Below, piece by piece: positions 59,365 to 64,000 of a DNA stretch of 64,000 nt. Source of the stretch: Oikopleura dioica (lineage: Eukaryota; Animalia; Chordata). Under the pieces are notes generated by a model, which saw only the letters and a program-made list of their open reading frames with translations, made no database searches and was not told where the DNA came from. How positions within the stretch are numbered: the first letter of the stretch is position 1; every line of letters begins with the position of its first letter. Made by a program: the position numbers and the translations under genes. The stretch spans positions 11,842,001-11,906,000 of the forward strand of contig OU015568.1 of the NCBI GenBank assembly GCA_907165135.1, read 5' to 3'.

Positions 59365-59805
59365 TTAGGAATGTAAAATTTCAAAAAGCTGCGAATACGA
59401 GATCCGCCCGTATCCATCGAGATCAAGGTTGCGGAAAATTTTCCTCGCTTCAGCAGGATCTTCTCCGTGTCGTTCGAAGAGTTTGGCGAAGGATTTTTCT
59501 GTGTAGAAACCGCGGTGGTTGTGGTCGAGAAGCTGCGACATTATACTGAAGTCGTCATCTAAAATCGATTAAGGAAATATTTTACTGAAAGAATTACCAG
59601 CAATCGACTTGTAGTGAATAATGTAAGCAACCAGCTTTTCTTTTGAAATGCGGCCGTTTTCGAAGAATGGGAGTAGTTTTGCTTTCTTGACTTTGAAGCC
59701 GAAAAACATCATCCAGATGTATTTAGCATCATTAATTTCGAAAAACTTCTGCTTCTTGTAGACCTCTTCTATTCGTTTTTCAATCGATTCTCGCTCTAAG
59801 TCCAT
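59365..59805 (-). CDS. EFCAB11: EF-hand protein, EFCAB11-like, 133 aa
   Basis: Exons 59598-59805 and 59365-59558 (39-nt intron, phase 1); WMMFFGFKVKK, LDHNHRGFYTEKSF and FRNLDLDGYGRISY resemble EFCAB11 motifs as I recall them. Confidence 0.7.
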
Positions 59806-59998
59806 CTGAAGATGACGATATCAAAGAAATGTTTCTACTTTTAGCAGTTTTGTTCTATTTCAAGGCAGTGTTTGTGAGACAAAGTTGGAGAAAGTACATG
59901 AAAGTTATAGAAAGAAAGATAGACTAAAGAAAAATGTATGTAGGTCGCTTTTTTCGTTTTCGGAGTGCGAGGAGAGTTTCGGAGAATAATACATGTCA

Positions 59999-61524
59999 CT
60001 ACCAATTTTCGCGAACAACGCGCCTGAGGCGACGAGTGTTGCGATCTTGGTTGCGGGTCTTTTTGGCGAGCTCTTGGTCTGTCAGGATTTCCATTTGAGG
60101 GCTCCAGGCGTCTGCTTCGGTTGTGTTTCTTAGCGCCACGGAAACAACTTGAATTCGACTGTGAAATCAAGGAAGAATAAAGCTCTTACCTGGAAGAGGA
60201 TTGTCGGAAAACGAGCACGTCTTTTGATGCCAGGTGAGCTGTCCTCTGATAGAATAGGCAATCGTCGTCACGAATTCTCCTCCAAGTCCCAGTTCTTGGC
60301 AGTACTAGAATAAATTTTAACCCCCGAAAAGATTTATCTTCCTAAAACCTGTTTCGCAAAAACTTCAGGGTCATTTGTTCTCTCCGCCATGTCCCACTCA
60401 ATTTGATCGACGACAGATATGTTTCCAATATGCACATTTAGCTTCAAAATGACTCTCGCATCAGATGCCCTTAATTTTCCAATAAAACAATATACACATT
60501 TTCGCAGAATTACTCTTTGAGAACATCTTCAGATGGCTGATATTGATCACATTGGACGCGTATTGATTCCGCAATCGCTCGGACAAAGAGTCCCGGTGGT
60601 AAATTCATATCGTCACACATCAGCTCTGCAAATTGTTCCGGGGAGATGAGCTTTTCATTCCGGTTCCAAGTGAAACAGTCTCGTAATTTATGACCTTGAT
60701 TGAACTTTTATCATGAAATTTTATGAATGTGACAAACCTTCGAGCTCCATATCAAGTCGTATAGGAACCAAGCATTCTTCCTGATCTGCGTTGTTGAGCA
60801 CGTGATGGTCTACGTTTGAGTTGAGGAACATCGGGTAGCTTCTGACTTTTTTCTTGTTCTTCGCAAAAATAAGACAAGGAGTCGTCAACGGAACGGGGTC
60901 CAAATGCTGCGCGACGCTTGTATTTGTCTGTGGAATAGGCGCTAGGGACGATCTACGCGTCGTTGGAGTACTGTTTCCTAAAATAATTTGGTCCCTCGAG
61001 TAAAAGAGGACAAAAGAGAACCTGGAACAGCGGATTGCATGGACGCGTAATTTTCGACTTTTTCTTCGACTTCTTCTGCTTCGACTTTATTCGAAGTTCT
61101 GTACCTTCCTCCTCTTCCCGCCATGACTTCGTCCACCTCCGATGCTTTCATCAAACTAACGGAGCTCGGCAAATTTGCATGGTTTGGGTCTGTCGATGTC
61201 TAGAGAAAAATTAGCCTAGAAAAATTGTAAAGACGCACCTTTTTGATGTACTCACGCTCTTCTTCTGTGGCAGTTCGCCTGTATAAACCAGGAAATCGCT
61301 TGTACAATTTTCCACGGAACATTCTCAGATAGTTCCCTACTTCTGATCCAATGACATACACTGTATCGTCGTCTTTTAACGTAATCTTTGTCTCGTTAAA
61401 AAAGAAGCTCCATTAACTCAATATTCAGTAGAAAAAGTATTTTAACAAGTTCCTGAGTGGGCTCCTTGCCATAAGTGACAAATCCACCCTCGGTCTTTCT
61501 CGGCTCGGTCGACATTTCCGACAT
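59999..61524 (-). CDS. SMARCB1: SWI/SNF subunit SNF5/INI1
   Basis: [71 protein letters not shown]; ATG at 61524 one base after a ttctag acceptor; stop TAG 59999-60001. Confidence 0.95.
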
Positions 61525-61598
61525 TCTAGAAAGAATCCGTCTAAGCAACAAGTTTCAATTGAAAATATCGCCGTCGATTCTCTCGAACACGAACTTCG

Positions 61599-61626
61599 AT
61601 TGGCGGCGGAGCGCGGCGCTGATTGG
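61599..61626. promoter_or_regulatory. Paired CCAAT boxes in a GC-rich divergent intergenic gap (candidate bidirectional promoter)
   Basis: ATTGG at 61599-61603 and 61622-61626, between SMARCB1 (-) and the microprotein gene (+). Confidence 0.45.
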
Positions 61627-61720
61627 CCAAAAGCGAGAAAGAAGAATTTATCGACAGGCGCTTTTACTACGCCTAGAAATCGAGAGGGATAAAAGAAGAG
61701 ATACAGTCAGGTTACAGAGG

Positions 61721-62043
61721 ATGTTTCAAGCCAACCAAGATCCTAAGATGATGACGGAAGAGGAGAGAGAAGCCTATTTTCAGAGAGACGAGTCCTTATC
61801 TGTAAGTAAATTTATCGAACAGTTGCTAAGAATCTTTCAAAGCTCAACAAGACTTTTTTTTTCTCACGAATCTCTGTATATAGTATAGACAATTTGTCTT
61901 TTCTTTTGTGCTCAGGTAACTTTTCCTTTTAGGACCGATTCTCCGACTTCTGGCAGGAAGCTCCGCTCGTCAAAAAAGTCCGAGATTTTGACGTCATCGG
62001 CAAATACGCATCTTTTCACAACAGGAATGAGTTTTTCCTCTGA
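61721..62043 (+). CDS. Two-exon 63-aa microprotein
   Basis: Acceptor ttacag 3 nt before ATG 61721; exon 61721-61801, donor gtaagt, acceptor ttttag, exon 61933-62043 in phase 0 to TGA. Confidence 0.55.
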
Positions 62044-62073
62044 ACCGAGAATCAAATAAAAAAGAAAAAATTA

Positions 62074-62145
62074 AGGGGACACCCGGGTTTGAACCGGGGA
62101 CCTCTCGATCTGCAGTCGAATGCTCTACCACTGAGCTATATCCCC
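62074..62145 (-). tRNA. tRNA-Cys-GCA: tRNA-Cys (GCA)
   Basis: 72-nt GGGGATATAGCTCAGTGGTAGAGCATTCGACTGCAGATCGAGAGGTCCCCGGTTCAAACCCGGGTGTCCCCT. Confidence 0.96.
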
Positions 62146-63117
62146 ACGTTCACTGCGGCTAGATCAATTCTATTTGAATCAATACTGTAGCTTGTTGAAA
62201 ACTCAATTGACAGCGCCTTCAACTACGGACCGTTGATGATCATTGCTGTCTACTACATGGCTCATTCTAACCGATTCTCCGTCGTCAGCTCTGGACACTA
62301 GAAAAAGCAACGAGCTTATTTATTCAATGAAGATCATCTGATTGCAATTCAAATTAGTCATGATTATATTTCCGCCTGTACATGATCTCTCATCAATAAA
62401 GCTTATCTAACTAATGTTACTGAATAATTTTTACCAAGTTGAAATCATGATCTTTTGATTTTCACTGGGCATTTATCTGGATAAATGCATCTTGGTGATT
62501 TGTGGATACACGACGTTTTCCTCAAACCGACGTTTTCCTCAACCGACGTTCTCGTTAAACCGACGTTCTACTCAATGATCAGAACGTCGGTTTGATCAAA
62601 ACGTCGGTTTAATGAAAACGTCGGTTTTCACGAAAAATGCGTGGGCGCCTAGAATTCGACTAAGACTCAGTTTGGAAACCGACGTTTTCGTTAAACCAAC
62701 GTTTTCATTATGCTTATAATTTATAAGTTATAAACTTAACGCTTGAACGCATAATGAAGAGTAAAAGTATAAGAATACTGTATATTTTCATTTTATGAAC
62801 TAATACAGCTAAAATATTTCTTTTTAAAATGTATACAAGACCGATAAAATGTAAGACGATCATTTTTACTGCATAAATTATGTTGGCTAATGTTTTTCCG
62901 ATAAACATATCGACTTTAAATGATACTTACTTTTTATCTTTTTTAATAATTAATATAGTTAAAATTTTCAAAGTTTACAATTTAAGGAAAATGTCGGTTT
63001 GAAAAAGACATTATTCCAAAAAGAGCCTATTCTCATTCGCTCTGATTGCCCCCGCATTTTAAGGGAAAACCGACAATTTCATTAAGCCGACGTTCTGATC
63101 AAACCGACGTTCTGAGT

Positions 63118-63955
63118 CAGGGGTGACCATTTGGGCATTGGGCATTTGGGCAAATCGGGCAATTTTCGGGCAAAAACGCTTTTGGGCGGGCATTTGGTCG
63201 GCTCAACGCCTGAAAATAGGCTGGGCAACATTGGAAAAGTCGGGCATTTGGGCATTTTCTGGGCAGTTGGGCACCATCGGGCAGTTGGGCAAATGCCCAC
63301 CGGGAAAAATCATAAACGTGGGCGTTTTCCTGTCCGCTTATTGGTCGTTAAGCTCACAAACAAGAAAAAAGATAAAAGGAGAAGGTTCTGCAAGGGTGTG
63401 TGAAGTGGACCTCTATGGTTAGCTGTTTACCTTTGACCACTTGATCCTTTTGTGAAATTATCCCTACCCTTAACTCAGCCACTTCTTTGCGGAGATGGTT
63501 CTGCAAGGGTGTGTGAAGTGGACCTTCATGGTTAGCTGTCTACCCTTGACCTCCAGATCCTTTTTATCCCTTATTTTTCCAACCCCATTTTTGAACCCCT
63601 TTTTTCGAGACGGTTATGCAAGAGTGTGTGAAGTGGACCTTAATGGTTAGCTGTCTATTCTTGACAACCTGATCGATCTTTTACAAAATTATTTTTTTAA
63701 CCGCTTTTTAAATAAATTTCAAACCTTCCAAATCTTCAACTGAAATAAATTATTGAGAGAAATTTAGAAAATTAAAGTTTTAACAAGCTCGAAATGTCGG
63801 GAAAATTTTTGCCCGAAAAATTGCCCAATTGCCCGATTGGGCATTCTGGGCACATTGGACTGGTCGGGCATTTGGTCGGCCCGGGTCTTGATTTTTGGTA
63901 TTGGGCGGGCAATTGGTCGGCCCGACGAAGATTTTTGCCCAAATGGTCACCCCTG
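63118..63955. mobile_element. hAT-like non-autonomous element, 838 bp, nested in the preceding element
   Basis: Perfect 20-bp TIR CAGGGGTGACCATTTGGGCA; many subterminal T(T/C)GGGCA repeats; degenerate 8-bp TSD (GTTCTGAg+t left, GTTCTGAC right). Confidence 0.85.
63380..63700 (+). repeat. Internal tandem repeat, ~114-bp unit x3
   Basis: GGTT(C/A)TGCAAG(G/A)GTGTGTGAAGTGGACCT starts at 63384, 63497 and 63612. Confidence 0.85.
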
Positions 63956-64000
63956 GTTCTGACCATTGACGAGAACGTCGGTTTAACGAAAACGTCGGTT

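Larger units (their letters stand above)
62504..64000. mobile_element. Merlin-like or foldback element with AAACCGACGTT arrays, interrupted by a nested element and truncated by the window end
   Basis: Left end GGATACACGACG...; motif copies in both orientations at 62510-62630, 62676-62710, 62990-63115 and 63970-64000; the right-hand array mirrors the left. Confidence 0.7.

Noticed and set aside
61475-61888. 137-aa plus-strand track ORF
   Set aside because: It starts inside the SMARCB1 coding region, crosses the CCAAT promoter and runs into an intron; only 61721-61801 appears to be a real exon.
62071-62078. TTAAGGGG resembling another MITE end
   Set aside because: It is the 3' end of tRNA-Cys plus its T-rich terminator on the minus strand.
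62178-62189. ATCAATACTGTA shared with the reverse complement of the tRNA-Lys palindrome spacer
   Set aside because: A single AT-rich 12-mer found post hoc, upstream of one tRNA but downstream of the others; no consistent position.
63082-63966. ORFs with CP/GHLG/WA repeats
   Set aside because: Translations of the TGGGCA subterminal arrays; no transposase motifs.

Overview
Eukaryotic, gene-dense (~40% GC) genomic DNA with many 34-55 nt introns, splice acceptors placed directly before start codons, co-oriented genes a few tens of bases apart and GA-AG introns. These traits point to the larvacean tunicate Oikopleura, probably O. dioica (inference). The window is dominated by a ~31 kb minus-strand beta-spectrin gene (12312-43367) with two alternative N-termini. 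Its introns hold a catalytically dead sPLA2-like gene, four tRNA genes (two forming a perfect tail-to-tail palindrome) and several MITEs. Left of it lie a FAM227-like gene and a short-helix collagen VI-like gene with a nested antisense gene. Right of it lie orphan genes, METTL6 (with a whole SLC16-like gene nested antisense in its last intron), an AT-hook gene, an operon-like SMARCB1-EFCAB11-AP3M run, a 63-aa microprotein and tRNA-Cys. Non-autonomous DNA transposons are abundant: five TTAA-flanked GG...CC elements (two are ~730-740 bp near-perfect palindromes whose arms co-evolve), two Merlin-like repeat-array elements and a hAT-like element nested in one of them. No transposase, CRISPR array or rRNA is present. 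All exon models, alignments and family calls were made by eye from remembered family motifs, with no database search.
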